Shown here one piece after another: positions 19,279 to 32,226 of a stretch of 64,000 nt of DNA (the stretch's first letter is position 1; each line of letters starts with the position of its first letter). The stretch is from Candidatus Aminicenantes bacterium (GTDB lineage: Bacteria; Acidobacteriota; Aminicenantia; Aminicenantales; Saccharicenantaceae). The position numbers and the translations under genes are program-made. The notes beneath the pieces are model-generated. The model did not search any database, had not been told where the DNA came from, and saw only the letters and a list, made by a program, of their open reading frames with translations. The stretch lies in contig CAVWFA010000016.1 of the NCBI GenBank assembly GCA_963754085.1, positions 540,470-604,469 on the forward strand, written 5' to 3'.

Positions 19279-19601
19279 GAGGGGAGGTCCGCTGGGCCGA
19301 TCTCAGCCCGGGCCAGGGTCGGGAGCAGACCGGCCGCCGACCGGTCCTCATCATCAGTCATAACGTCTTTAACGAGCGCTCCGGGACCGTCATCGCCATG
19401 GCCATTACCAGCCAGCTTCAGAAAGCCGGATTCCCTCTGGCCGTCGAGATCGCCTCGAAGGGATTGCCCAGGAAGTCGTGGATCAAGATCGGCCAAGTCC
19501 GGACGCTGGCCGCGGAGCGGATCGGCAAGCTGGTGGCTGTCCTGTCACCCGAAGAGCTGGACCGGGCCATCGAAGGCCTCAACGAAATTGTCGGAGATTA
19601 G
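19263..19601 (+). CDS. mazF: MazF/PemK toxin
   Basis: RGEVRWADLSP..GREQTGRRPVLIISHNVFN..SWIKIGQVRTL. Confidence 0.9.
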   Translation: MARILRGEVRWADLSPGQGREQTGRRPVLIISHNVFNERSGTVIAMAITSQLQKAGFPLAVEIASKGLPRKSWIKIGQVRTLAAERIGKLVAVLSPEELDRAIEGLNEIVGD

Positions 19602-20971
19602 CGCTTCCCGATCCAGGCCGCGATGTCGTCGACGACGTACGGCGCGACGCTGCCGTGCTTCTGCATGTACTCGAGCGGCGTGAGAAGCCCCTCGCCCTCG
19701 TAAAAGAGATGGTTGAGCTTGGGATAGAGGTGGAACTCGACGTCTTTCCGTGAGCCCAGGGCGGCCTTCCAGTTGTCCAGGTCGACCGTCTGGACCTGGT
19801 AGTCGCGGCCGCCTTGGAGGAACAGCATGGGCGCCTTGACCGACCTGGCCGCTTCGGGAGGGTTGTAGCCGCGGAGGTCGAGCCAGTAGGCCGGCATAAC
19901 CCCGACGAGCTTCGCGGTCGACGCCCTGTCGGCGTCGGTGAGAGCTTTGATCTTGGCGATCTCGGCCTTGAGGTCCTCGAGCTTCTTCTTGTCGTCGTCC
20001 GAAAGGCTGTCCCCGGCCAGGCCGTAAAGATAGGTCATCTGACGGACGATCGTATCGTCGAGCGGCCGGGTCAGACCGGCCATGCTGATGAACCCGGCGA
20101 CCCTGAGCGGCGCGGCCGCCAGGGCGATCCGGGGCATCAGGAAGCCGCCCAGGCTGTGCCCCAGGATGAAGACCCGCTTGCCGTCGATGCTCTTGGTCTT
20201 CTGTAAAAGAGACGCCGCGGCCAGGGCGTCGTCGATCGTCTCGTCCTTGACCGTCATGGCCGCTTCGAGCTTGGGGTCGGCCAGGATCTTCTTCCCGTAA
20301 ACCTTGCTGCGCTTGTCGTAGCGGAGGACGGCGATGCCGCGCGTTGCCAGGCCCCAGGCCAGGTCCTTGAACGGCTTGTTGGGGCCGAGCTCCTCGTCGC
20401 GGCTGTTCGGGCCAGAGCCGTGGACGAGGACGAGCCCGGGGAACGGGCCGTCGCCCTTCGGCATGGTCAGTGTCCCCGGCAGCGCCCATTCGCCCGAGCC
20501 GACGGTGACCTCGGTCTCTTCGAACTTGGCCGGGTCGGCGTAGGCCGGCGGCTCGTATTTCGCTGGCGGCGCTGTCGGCACGAGCCCGAACCCGGCGATC
20601 TTGCCGGCCTTGTCGAAGACGACCCGGGCGTCGATGGTCGCAACCTTTTCGAATGAGCAGGTGATGAGGACGATCTCGTATCCCTGCATCTGCTCGCGGC
20701 GGGCCGCGCCCTGCTTCTTGAAGGCCCCGAGCTGGGCCGGCAGCTGTTTTGTCCACATCGGCTCCAGCTTGTCGGGCCCGGAGACCTTGAGCATGGTCTC
20801 GTCGAAATCGCGGACGGCCAGCTTGAAGTCGCCCTTCTCCATGGCCGTCAGGAACTCCCGGGCCTTGACGGTCAATGCGTCTTCGGCGGCGGCCTGGCCT
20901 TGGATCGGGAAGGCGACTGAAAAGCGGGCGAGAAGAGAGGAGAACAAGAGAAGCGCAAGTGTCTTTTTCAT
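19598..20971 (-). CDS. Exported alpha/beta hydrolase with N-terminal DUF3887-like domain
   Basis: VHGSGPNSRD, GHSLG nucleophile elbow, QGGRDYQV, LNHLF. Confidence 0.85.
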   Translation of the reverse strand: MKKTLALLLFSSLLARFSVAFPIQGQAAAEDALTVKAREFLTAMEKGDFKLAVRDFDETMLKVSGPDKLEPMWTKQLPAQLGAFKKQGAARREQMQGYEIVLITCSFEKVATIDARVVFDKAGKIAGFGLVPTAPPAKYEPPAYADPAKFEETEVTVGSGEWALPGTLTMPKGDGPFPGLVLVHGSGPNSRDEELGPNKPFKDLAWGLATRGIAVLRYDKRSKVYGKKILADPKLEAAMTVKDETIDDALAAASLLQKTKSIDGKRVFILGHSLGGFLMPRIALAAAPLRVAGFISMAGLTRPLDDTIVRQMTYLYGLAGDSLSDDDKKKLEDLKAEIAKIKALTDADRASTAKLVGVMPAYWLDLRGYNPPEAARSVKAPMLFLQGGRDYQVQTVDLDNWKAALGSRKDVEFHLYPKLNHLFYEGEGLLTPLEYMQKHGSVAPYVVDDIAAWIGKR

Positions 20972-20996
20972 TTTGACAGTGCCTTTCCAGAAGATC

Positions 20997-21141
20997 GGAC
21001 TGTCCCGGGAGGGACTGTCCCTCTTTCCTTCTTAAGTTCGAGGAGCATCACGAAGCAGTATACCCCAATGCCCTCCGGTGCAGAACGGGTGGAGAAAGGG
21101 GGAGAAAGGGGGACACGTACCCGAGGTACATGTCCCCCTTT
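20997..21141. repeat. Cluster of REP-like palindromes
   Basis: GGACTGTCCC/GGGACTGTCCC doublet 20997-21021; AAAGGGGGACA...TGTCCCCCTTT hairpin 21105-21141. Confidence 0.65.
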
Positions 21142-21183
21142 GAGAGGGCAGCCCCGAGCACCGCGAGGGATATATCCCCAGGT

Positions 21184-21212
21184 TTGACCGGGCCGCGCCA
21201 CGCCGTTAGAAT
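21184..21212 (+). promoter_or_regulatory. mfd promoter (probably leaderless transcript)
   Basis: TTGACC-17-TAGAAT, 6 nt before the GTG. Confidence 0.6.
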
Positions 21213-21218
21213 AGCCCG

Positions 21219-24644
<3,426 letters not shown>

Positions 24645-24670
24645 GCTATAATGAGTTGATACTAAAAAAG

Positions 24671-25669
24671 ATGGACGGTTGCAAACGGACGGACAGCAGG
24701 CTTCGCGCGGCAGGGACGACCCTGGCCGCCGGGGCGCTGGCCGCTCTGGTCCTCCTGTCCGCCTCCGCCTGCGGACGCGACGACGGGCGCGGACCCGTCT
24801 CCCGCGTCGCCGGCCTGGTCCAGGGCACGCTCCGGGGGCACCCGGTCCTGCGCGTCGAGAAGAGCGAGTTCTATAACGCGGACCTCAAGGACTATCTCCG
24901 GGCCACGGGCGCCGAAGCCAAGGGGCTTCCGGACGAATCCCTGAGCCGGCTCTTCGACCGGTTCGTCGATGAGACGATCCTCCTCGAGGCCGCCCGGCAG
25001 CGCGGCATCTCCCTGACCGAAGAGGAGAAGAGGGAAGCCCTGGCCAAGTACGCCGTCGCCGCCGGCCCGCAGGACGAGGCCGATGCGGCGCCTCCCGGGG
25101 GCGCCTTCGACCGGATCCTGGTCGAGAAATACACCTCCCTCGTCGTGCGCGACATCCGCGTCGAAGAGGCCGAGATCCTCGACTACTACGAGCGGCACAA
25201 GAAGGACTTCCTGCAGCAGGGCCGGATCCAGGTCAGCCAGATCCTCGTCGACACCGAGGAGAAGGCGGTCTCGGTGCTGCGGCGGCTCGACCGGTTCGGC
25301 GAGCCGGAGTTCCGCAAGATCGCCGTCGACGAGTCCATCGGGCCCGAGGCGGCCCGCGGCGGGGTCATGGGCGTCTTCCGTCAGGGGGACCTCCCCGCCG
25401 ACATGGAAAAGGTCATCTTCGCGCTCGACGAAGGGCGGACGAGCCAGGTCGTCGAGTCGTCCTACGGCTTCCACATCTTCCGGCTGGACCGGAAATTGCC
25501 GCCGGCCCTCCTTTCGGCGAACGAGGCGGCTCCGGAGATCCAGCAGCGCCTCATGGCCCAGAAGATGAAGGAGGCCCTGGCCACCCACCTGGACGGGCTC
25601 AAGGACACCCTGAGCTGGGAGAGCCTCCCCCGGAACCTATTCTTCACCTACCAGAGGTCGGACGAATGA
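24671..25669 (+). CDS. SurA/PpiC-type peptidylprolyl isomerase (lipoprotein)
   Basis: IQVSQILV..GGVMG..SQVVESSYGFHIF; lipobox SASAC; start uncertain. Confidence 0.8.
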   Translation: MDGCKRTDSRLRAAGTTLAAGALAALVLLSASACGRDDGRGPVSRVAGLVQGTLRGHPVLRVEKSEFYNADLKDYLRATGAEAKGLPDESLSRLFDRFVDETILLEAARQRGISLTEEEKREALAKYAVAAGPQDEADAAPPGGAFDRILVEKYTSLVVRDIRVEEAEILDYYERHKKDFLQQGRIQVSQILVDTEEKAVSVLRRLDRFGEPEFRKIAVDESIGPEAARGGVMGVFRQGDLPADMEKVIFALDEGRTSQVVESSYGFHIFRLDRKLPPALLSANEAAPEIQQRLMAQKMKEALATHLDGLKDTLSWESLPRNLFFTYQRSDE

Positions 25670-26658
25670 ACATGAAAAAGATCATGACCGGATTGGCCTT
25701 GGCCGTCATCCTGGTCGCGGCGGCGCCCGCCGTCCCCGCCCAGGAAGTCGTCGAGCAGATCGTGGCTATCGTCAACGACGACGTTATCACCCTGACCGAC
25801 TTCCGGACCCAGTACCAGATGACCGAGGCCCAGCTCCGGGCCGCCCAGGTCCCCGAGGAGCAGATGAGCCAGCAGCTGGCCCGGCTCAAGAAGGAGTTCC
25901 TCGATTCCATGATCACGGAGATGCTCCTGCTCCAGAAGGCCAAGGAGCTCGGCCTGAACGTCCAGGAGCAGATGAAGGCCATGCTCGAGAAGATCAAGAC
26001 CGACAACAATATCGCTTCGGACGCCGACCTCCGCAAGGCCGTCGAGCAATCGGGCATGTCCTACGAGGTCTGGCTCAAGCAGTACGAGGAAGGCATGATG
26101 CGGCAAGGCGTCCTCTACACCGAGATCGAGCGGTCCATCGTCCTCGAGGACGCGGAGGTCGTCCAGTACTACAAGAAGAACCCGGCCGAGTTCACGACGC
26201 CGACGCTTTACAAGCTCAACGCCATCTATTTCGCGAACGAGGGCCGCACGGCCGAGGAGATCGAGGCGCTCAAGGCCGCGGTCGACGCCAAGCTCAAGTC
26301 GGGCGCGTCGTTCCCCGACACGGCGGCCGAGCTCTCCGATCCGCCCATGAAGGACGCCAAGGGCGACCTGGGGACATTCAAGACGGGCGAGCTCGAGACG
26401 GCTCTGGAAGCGCCGCTGGAGAGGCTCAAGTCCGGGGAGAAGACGCCCTGGATCAGCAACAAGAACGGCTGGTACCTGCTCCTGCTCGCGGAGAGGACGG
26501 ACAGCTTCCTGCGCCCGTTCGACGAGGCCCGCAAAGAGGTCGAGGAGAAGCTCTACAACGAGAAGCGGGCCGTTAAAAGCGAAGCCTACCTCAAGACGCT
26601 CCGGGAGAAGAGCTTCGTCAAGATCCTCAACCCCGACCCGTTGGGCTTCAATAGATAG
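25666..26658 (+). CDS. SurA-like peptidylprolyl isomerase
   Basis: IVAIVNDDVIT SurA N-terminal domain; GDLG rotamase motif. Confidence 0.85.
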   Translation: MNMKKIMTGLALAVILVAAAPAVPAQEVVEQIVAIVNDDVITLTDFRTQYQMTEAQLRAAQVPEEQMSQQLARLKKEFLDSMITEMLLLQKAKELGLNVQEQMKAMLEKIKTDNNIASDADLRKAVEQSGMSYEVWLKQYEEGMMRQGVLYTEIERSIVLEDAEVVQYYKKNPAEFTTPTLYKLNAIYFANEGRTAEEIEALKAAVDAKLKSGASFPDTAAELSDPPMKDAKGDLGTFKTGELETALEAPLERLKSGEKTPWISNKNGWYLLLLAERTDSFLRPFDEARKEVEEKLYNEKRAVKSEAYLKTLREKSFVKILNPDPLGFNR

Positions 26659-26664
26659 CAAGAC

Positions 26665-26767
26665 GGGGTCAAACCTACACTTTTCAAGTTTTCAGCCAGG
26701 CGTAAATCTGGAAAACTGGAAAAGTGTAGGTTTGACCCCTTCCGGACGACCTGGTCGGTTTGACCCC
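26665..26767. repeat. REPIN/MITE-like palindrome, copy B, plus an extra half copy
   Basis: GGGGTCAAACCTACACTTTTC...GAAAAGTGTAGGTTTGACCCC (26665-26739); GGTTTGACCCC again near 26757-26767. Confidence 0.8.
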
Positions 26768-26771
26768 ATTC

Positions 26772-27314
26772 TTAGCAGATCAGCACGGCGGCGGCGATGG
26801 CCGTCGTCCACAGCCCCGCTTCACCCTTCGCCGCTTGGGTCGTGCTCCGCGTCTTGAGGGACAGGCCGTTCGACACTTGGAACGATCTCCCGGACGTCCC
26901 CGGCGCTTTGAGGGAGTGGCCGAGCTTGGTCGCCAGCATCTCGGCGGCGAGGTATTCGGTGTGACGGGCGGTCGCCTTTTCCGAATGGTCGAGGTCCGAG
27001 TGCTCGGCCAGGTAGCCGAAACGGGACGGATCGTCGGGCACGGCCATGCCGATCGAGGCGGTGATGAGGCGGCCGGGCTCGTCGGTCGCGTTCTCGCTCA
27101 GGACGACGAACAGGATCTGGCCCGGCTCGAGGAGCTTCAGGCCCGCGGCTTTGGTGACGAAGCGGCAGTGCGGCGGGTAAATGCTCGAGACCCGGACGAG
27201 GTTGTAGGGGGCGATGCCCGCTTCGCGCAGGGCCTTCTCGAAGCTGACGAGCTTCTCTTTGTGCCGGCCCCGGCCGCGGACCAGGAAGACCTTGGAAGGG
27301 ACGAGCTGGCCCAT
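26772..27314 (-). CDS. pdaD: Pyruvoyl-dependent arginine decarboxylase
   Basis: SFEKALREAGIAPYNLVRVSSIYPP (Ser-Ser cleavage site); GYLAEH. Confidence 0.88.
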   Translation of the reverse strand: MGQLVPSKVFLVRGRGRHKEKLVSFEKALREAGIAPYNLVRVSSIYPPHCRFVTKAAGLKLLEPGQILFVVLSENATDEPGRLITASIGMAVPDDPSRFGYLAEHSDLDHSEKATARHTEYLAAEMLATKLGHSLKAPGTSGRSFQVSNGLSLKTRSTTQAAKGEAGLWTTAIAAAVLIC

Positions 27315-27315
27315 G

Positions 27316-27843
27316 TCACTTCTTCGGCTCGACCGGCTCCGGCTCCTTGAAATCGATGTCCCGGGAGACGTCCCAGACGCCGAGAAGGACGGGGCGCGAC
27401 CCCCTGGAGATGGCGAAGAGCCTGACGAAGGCCTGTTTCCACTGGGGATTGTCGCGGATGCCGGCCAGGTTCTTGCCCTCGACGCCGAGGTTGCTCTTGA
27501 GAACGATGACGTCGCTCGTCCCGCCGGCCGGGATGGCCTTGCCCCGGATCGAGGCCCTGAAGGCGTCGCCGAAGTTCTCCGGGTCGCCCTTGAACTGGTA
27601 GACGGCGTTGAAATTGACGTAGGACAGGGGCTTGGTGCCGATGTTCTTGATACGGAAGGAGATCTGGGGGACGAGGATGAGCCGGGGCGGCCAGGGCTGG
27701 TAGTACTTGGAGACCCAGGCGGACGTGTAGTCGATGACCTCGATCGAGGCCTTCAGCTCCTCGCTCGACATCGTCTTGCAGGCCGGCAGGACGGCCAGCG
27801 CCAGGGCGGCGAGGACAAGAACGGACGGGGCGAATCTCTTCAT
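27316..27843 (-). CDS. Hypothetical lipoprotein
   Basis: Signal ending AVLPAC; typical codon usage. Confidence 0.75.
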   Translation of the reverse strand: MKRFAPSVLVLAALALAVLPACKTMSSEELKASIEVIDYTSAWVSKYYQPWPPRLILVPQISFRIKNIGTKPLSYVNFNAVYQFKGDPENFGDAFRASIRGKAIPAGGTSDVIVLKSNLGVEGKNLAGIRDNPQWKQAFVRLFAISRGSRPVLLGVWDVSRDIDFKEPEPVEPKK

Positions 27844-27939
27844 GGGACGCCTCCTCTCTATCATTTGTATCTTAACGGACGGGGGGGAATTATTCAACCT
27901 GGCCGAGCACCCGGTTTCAGACGAGGGATGGCCAGGGGC

Positions 27940-27968
27940 TTGACAATAGTAACGGAGCGTGATAGTAT
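27940..27968 (+). promoter_or_regulatory. higBA promoter (probably leaderless)
   Basis: TTGACA-17-TAGTAT, 6 nt before the GTG. Confidence 0.65.
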
Positions 27969-27974
27969 CGCAAC

Positions 27975-28259
27975 GTGATCGTATCCTTCAGAGACAAGGA
28001 GACAGAGCGGATCTGGCTGGGGCTGCCTTCCCGCAGGCTGCCTCCTGTCCTCGTGCGATCCGCCCGGCGGAAGCTGCTCATTTTGCAGGCCTCGATAAGC
28101 CTCGCGGACTTGAAGACGCCGCCGGGGAACCGGCTTCATCCGTTGTCTGGGGATCGCAAAGGCGCATATGCGATCTCCATCAATGACCAATGGCGGATTT
28201 GCTTCGAATGGCGCAACGGGAACGCGTACCGTGTGGAGATCGCAGATTATCATTCTTAG
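27975..28259 (+). CDS. higB: HigB (RelE-family) toxin
   Basis: IVSFRDKETE..PPGNRLHPLSGDRKG..SINDQWRICFEW..VEIADYH. Confidence 0.92.
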   Translation: MIVSFRDKETERIWLGLPSRRLPPVLVRSARRKLLILQASISLADLKTPPGNRLHPLSGDRKGAYAISINDQWRICFEWRNGNAYRVEIADYHS

Positions 28260-28263
28260 GGAG

Positions 28264-28581
28264 ATGACGACAATGATCAAAATGCCGAATATCCATCCCG
28301 GCGAGATCCTCTCCGAGGAGTTCTTGAAGCCGATGGGCCTGACCGCCTACCGCTTGTCGAAGGAGACGGGGATCCCGCAGACCCGGATCGGCGAGATCAT
28401 CAGGGGCAAGCGGAGCATCTCCGCCGCCACGGCCCTTCGGTTTGGCCGGTTTTTCGGCAATTCCCCGGAGTTCTGGATCAATCTTCAGAGCCATTTCGAC
28501 ATTGAAGAAGAGCGGAAGCTCATCGATAAAGAGCTCAAGAGCATCAAGCCGTTCTCGGCGCCGGCCGCAAGCGTGTGCTGA
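28264..28581 (+). CDS. higA: HigA HTH antitoxin
   Basis: IHPGEILSEEFLKPMG..GKRSISAATALR..SPEFWINLQ. Confidence 0.92.
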   Translation: MTTMIKMPNIHPGEILSEEFLKPMGLTAYRLSKETGIPQTRIGEIIRGKRSISAATALRFGRFFGNSPEFWINLQSHFDIEEERKLIDKELKSIKPFSAPAASVC

Positions 28582-28590
28582 GCCGGAGGC

Positions 28591-29832
28591 TCAGCGGACG
28601 AGCTTCGAGACCGGGACGGCCTCGAGGTTGTACGAGTCGAGGAGGAACAGGCTCGACTTGAGGACGGCCAGGGTCTCGGGGAAGGGATGGCAGATGCCGA
28701 CCGCCCGGCCTTTCTTGCGGGCCTTCTGCAGGAGCTCGATGAGCCGGCCCTTGATGCGGCCGCGGTCCTCGTCGGCGTCGAGGAAGACGTCCCGCTGGGC
28801 CGCCCGGATGCCCATGCGCTGGGCCTCTTCGAGGGCGACCGTCTTGGCCGTCGTCCGGCTGTCGACGAAAAAGAGCCCCCTCTCCTTGATCGGCTTCAGC
28901 AGGACCCGCATCAGGTCACGCTCGGCCGTGAAGCGCGAGCCCATGTGGTTGTTCGTGCCGACGGCGAAGGGGACGCGGTCGTAGCTGGCTTCGAATGCGG
29001 CGACGATCGCCGGCTCAGTCATCAGGGCCATGATCAATCCCTCGGTGTTGGCCATGGCCTCGTGGTTGTTGATCGATTCCAGGGGCAGATGGAGAAGGAC
29101 CTCGAGCCCGCGCTCGTGGGCGACGCGGGCCGTCTCGGCGGCGTGGGCGCTGTAGGGGAGGACGGCGATCGTCATCGGCCGGCCCAGGGCGATGAGCTCG
29201 TTGAGGGTCTCCAGGCTGTTCCCCATATCGTCCATGATGATCGCGACCTGGCCGCGCGGGCCCTTCCGGACGGCCGGCTCCCTCTCCGCGACCACGACGG
29301 GCGGCTCGACCGGCAGGATGAAGGAGATCGACGCGTCCTGCTTGGCCGGCCGGCGCAACGCCCAGACGACCTCCGTCTTCTCTTCGCCGGGCGTCCGCTT
29401 CTTGCTCAGGACGCGCACGCCCTCGGCCTTGAGGGCCCTCTCGACCGCGGGCCCGACCGATTCGTAGAGCTCGTTCGGGATCTCGACCTCGAACAGGGGC
29501 CGTCCCTTCGGCCCCTTGAGAGGAAGAACGGAGTCTTCGGACAGGCCGGCGGCCGCCAGGCTCGCGGCGATGACCTCGTCGAAAGCCCTGACCGCAGGCT
29601 TGGGCGCCGGCTTTTCAGCGGGCCGTTCGGCCGGCTTCTCCGGAGGCCGCTTTTCGACGGCCCCGGCCGCGACCTTCGGGGCCGCGGTGAACAGGAAGGC
29701 CGTCTCGCCCCGTTGGGCGCTGATGTAATCGAGCAGGAGCCCGGCGAAGACGGCGGCGAGCGTGAGGACCGCGGTGAGGAGGGTGAAAGCCGGCCAGGGT
29801 TCTCGTTTTCTGGGCGGGCGCCTCTTCGTCAT
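28591..29832 (-). CDS. Divergent polysaccharide deacetylase (YibQ-like)
   Basis: AIIMDDMG, LLHLPLE, NNHMGSRFT, FFVDSRT, RDVFLD, GICHP. Confidence 0.9.
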   Translation of the reverse strand: MTKRRPPRKREPWPAFTLLTAVLTLAAVFAGLLLDYISAQRGETAFLFTAAPKVAAGAVEKRPPEKPAERPAEKPAPKPAVRAFDEVIAASLAAAGLSEDSVLPLKGPKGRPLFEVEIPNELYESVGPAVERALKAEGVRVLSKKRTPGEEKTEVVWALRRPAKQDASISFILPVEPPVVVAEREPAVRKGPRGQVAIIMDDMGNSLETLNELIALGRPMTIAVLPYSAHAAETARVAHERGLEVLLHLPLESINNHEAMANTEGLIMALMTEPAIVAAFEASYDRVPFAVGTNNHMGSRFTAERDLMRVLLKPIKERGLFFVDSRTTAKTVALEEAQRMGIRAAQRDVFLDADEDRGRIKGRLIELLQKARKKGRAVGICHPFPETLAVLKSSLFLLDSYNLEAVPVSKLVR

Positions 29833-29835
29833 CCG

Positions 29836-30972
29836 TCAGCGCTTGGGCAGAAGAGGGAGCGTTCGTTCGAGGAAGGTCTTTTCGTTGAGCTTGTCGGCCG
29901 GGATGGCCTCGTCCGGGACGAGCCCGTCGTCCCAGAGCTTGCGGCCCGAGGGCAGCGCGTAGATGCCGGACGTCAGCACGACCGCACTGTCGTCCTTGAG
30001 CGGGAAGAGCGTCGTCCGGGCGACCAGGCCGGCCGTCTTGTAGCCGACGATCTTGACTTTGCGGAGCTCCCGGAGCAGGCCCGCCGCGAGCTCGGCCGGT
30101 CCGGCCGTGCCGGGCCCGGTCCACACGACGACGGGAACCGTCCCGAGCTCCGCCGCCGCCGGGCACGAGACCGCTTCCTTGACGCCGCCGCGGCTCTCGA
30201 ACCAGCCCGCGTCGGCGGCCTGGACGAACAGGTTGACGAGCCTGGCGGCCTCCTCGACCGCGCCGTCCTGGCAGTCGCGGAGGTCGAGGACGAGGGGATC
30301 CTTGCGGCCTTTGAGCGCCGGCACGACGTCGCGCTTGAGCCCGGCGACGAGATCCGCGTCGAAGCGATGGATGCGCAGCCGGGCGGTCTGGCCGGCCGCG
30401 CGGGTGAACGTGAACGGCGCCGGATGGAGCGCCGCGCGCGGCACCTTGAGGTTTTTCGAGTCGTTGCCCTCGAGCACGCGGAGATCGACCGGCTGGCCGT
30501 CCGTCCCGCGAAGGCGGAGCTTGACCTCGGTCAGGCTCATGCTGAGGGTGCTCCGTCCGCCGACGGCGCTCAGGACGTCGCCCGGCTTGATCCCCGCGGC
30601 TTCGGCCGGGGACTTTTCGACGATGGCCACGACCTGGGGGAACGAGGCGTAGCGCTTCAGCACGACGAGGCCCGGCTCGGCCTCCTGGCCCGTCCGGGCC
30701 GTGTAGGCGGCGACGAGGTCCTTCGGCAGATAGGCGGACAGGGGGTCGAGCGAGTTGACCAGGCCGCGGTAGGTCCCCTCGGCCGTCGCGACGGGATCCC
30801 GCTCGTCGAGGTAGTCGTTCCGGATATGGCTGATGAGCGTGTCGAGGAGCTCGAAGCCCCGGCCCGCCGTTCCGGCGTGTCCGCGGGACAGGAAGCCCAT
30901 CTGGAGGACGAAGAAGACCGCCGCGGCCGCGGTGGCCGCCCAGAGGATCCAGCGATATTTCGGGACTTTCAT
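29836..30972 (-). CDS. S41/CtpA-like PDZ protein with degenerate active site
   Basis: LDPLSAYL, PDZ SPAEAAGIKPGD, VLDLR, GLVPD; located between envC and yibQ. Confidence 0.8.
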   Translation of the reverse strand: MKVPKYRWILWAATAAAAVFFVLQMGFLSRGHAGTAGRGFELLDTLISHIRNDYLDERDPVATAEGTYRGLVNSLDPLSAYLPKDLVAAYTARTGQEAEPGLVVLKRYASFPQVVAIVEKSPAEAAGIKPGDVLSAVGGRSTLSMSLTEVKLRLRGTDGQPVDLRVLEGNDSKNLKVPRAALHPAPFTFTRAAGQTARLRIHRFDADLVAGLKRDVVPALKGRKDPLVLDLRDCQDGAVEEAARLVNLFVQAADAGWFESRGGVKEAVSCPAAAELGTVPVVVWTGPGTAGPAELAAGLLRELRKVKIVGYKTAGLVARTTLFPLKDDSAVVLTSGIYALPSGRKLWDDGLVPDEAIPADKLNEKTFLERTLPLLPKR

Positions 30973-30994
30973 GGCCGAACGGACATCCATTCTA

Positions 30995-32179
30995 TCATCT
31001 CCGCTTCAACCATTGCAAGGGATCGAGGGCCTTGGTCTTGTAACGGAGCTCGAAATAGAGGCACTCGCCCTTGAGCGACCCGGTGTCGCCGACCACGGCC
31101 AGGGGCTGGCCGGCCCGGACCATTTCGCCGACCGCGGCCAGGAATTCCGAGCAGTGCCCGTAGAGGGTGTAGTAGGTCATGCCGTGGTCGACGATGAGGA
31201 GGTTGCCGTAGCCCTGGAAGTAATCGGCGTAGACGACTTTGCCCGGGTGGACGGCGAGGATGAGCGAGCGGCCCTGGCCCGGCGAGATCTCGACGCCCTT
31301 GTTCATGACCACGGTGTTGAAATTGGGATTCTTCTCGAAGCCGAAAGCCGTGATGACCGGTCCTTCGATCGGCCAGGGGAGCCGGCCCCTTCGCTCGTAC
31401 AGGGGGACCCAGGCGGCCGGCAGGACCCAATCCTGGCTGATGATCTTGTCCATGAGCTTCTGGAGCTCCCCGGCGCTCTCGGAGAGCTCCTTGAGGGTTT
31501 GCTGATAGGTCGTCCGGTTCTGGCGGATCTCCTGGACCATGGTCGCGTTCTTCCGGGCCTCGGTCTCGAGCTCCTGGCGTTTGAGCTTGGCCGCCCGGGC
31601 CATCGCGGCCAGGTCGGCCTGCTTGCTTTCGAGGGCGGACTCGGCCGCGCGGAGCTCCTCGAGCGAGGCCAGGTAGCCCGCGACGACCTGGTCCTGGTCG
31701 CGGGCGAGGAGCGACAGGTGCTTGCTCTCGGACGCGTAGGTCTCGATGTCCCGGGCCCGGAGCAGGAACTGGAAGAAATCGACGCGGCCGAACTTGTACA
31801 GCGTCACCAGGGTCCGTTCCATGGACACGCGCTCGCGTTCGATCCCCGCGCGGAGCGTCCGGATGTTCGCCTGGATCGCGGCCAGCTCGGCCCGGCCCCG
31901 CTCGAGCTCGACGTTCTGCGCGGCCAGCTCCCGCCCGACGATGCTCTTGTTGAGATTGATCCTGGCCAGGGACGACAGGATGGACGTCTCCTTGCGGGCC
32001 TCGGCCTCGAGGCGGAGCTTGAGGTCCTTGATCTGCCCGTTGATCCGGGTCAGGCGCTGCTCGAACTCGGTGACGCTCTGGGACTCGGCGCCGGGGTTCG
32101 TCTGAGGGCGGACGGGGGGGACGGGAAGGAGCAGCGCGGCCAGAGAGAGGGCGAGAGCCGGGCCGAGAACGCGTCGCAT
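30995..32179 (-). CDS. envC: EnvC-like murein hydrolase activator (coiled coil + degenerate M23 domain)
   Basis: LPWPIEG, GKVVYADYFQGYGNLLIVDHG, VGDTGS, LYFELR. Confidence 0.85.
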   Translation of the reverse strand: MRRVLGPALALSLAALLLPVPPVRPQTNPGAESQSVTEFEQRLTRINGQIKDLKLRLEAEARKETSILSSLARINLNKSIVGRELAAQNVELERGRAELAAIQANIRTLRAGIERERVSMERTLVTLYKFGRVDFFQFLLRARDIETYASESKHLSLLARDQDQVVAGYLASLEELRAAESALESKQADLAAMARAAKLKRQELETEARKNATMVQEIRQNRTTYQQTLKELSESAGELQKLMDKIISQDWVLPAAWVPLYERRGRLPWPIEGPVITAFGFEKNPNFNTVVMNKGVEISPGQGRSLILAVHPGKVVYADYFQGYGNLLIVDHGMTYYTLYGHCSEFLAAVGEMVRAGQPLAVVGDTGSLKGECLYFELRYKTKALDPLQWLKRR

Positions 32180-32226
32180 CCCTTATTTTATAACATAAAA
32201 ATCCGGGGGATGATAAAATCGGGCCG

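Noticed and set aside
30995-32179. Missing zinc ligands in the M23 domain as a novelty
   Set aside because: A degenerate LytM domain is the established norm for EnvC
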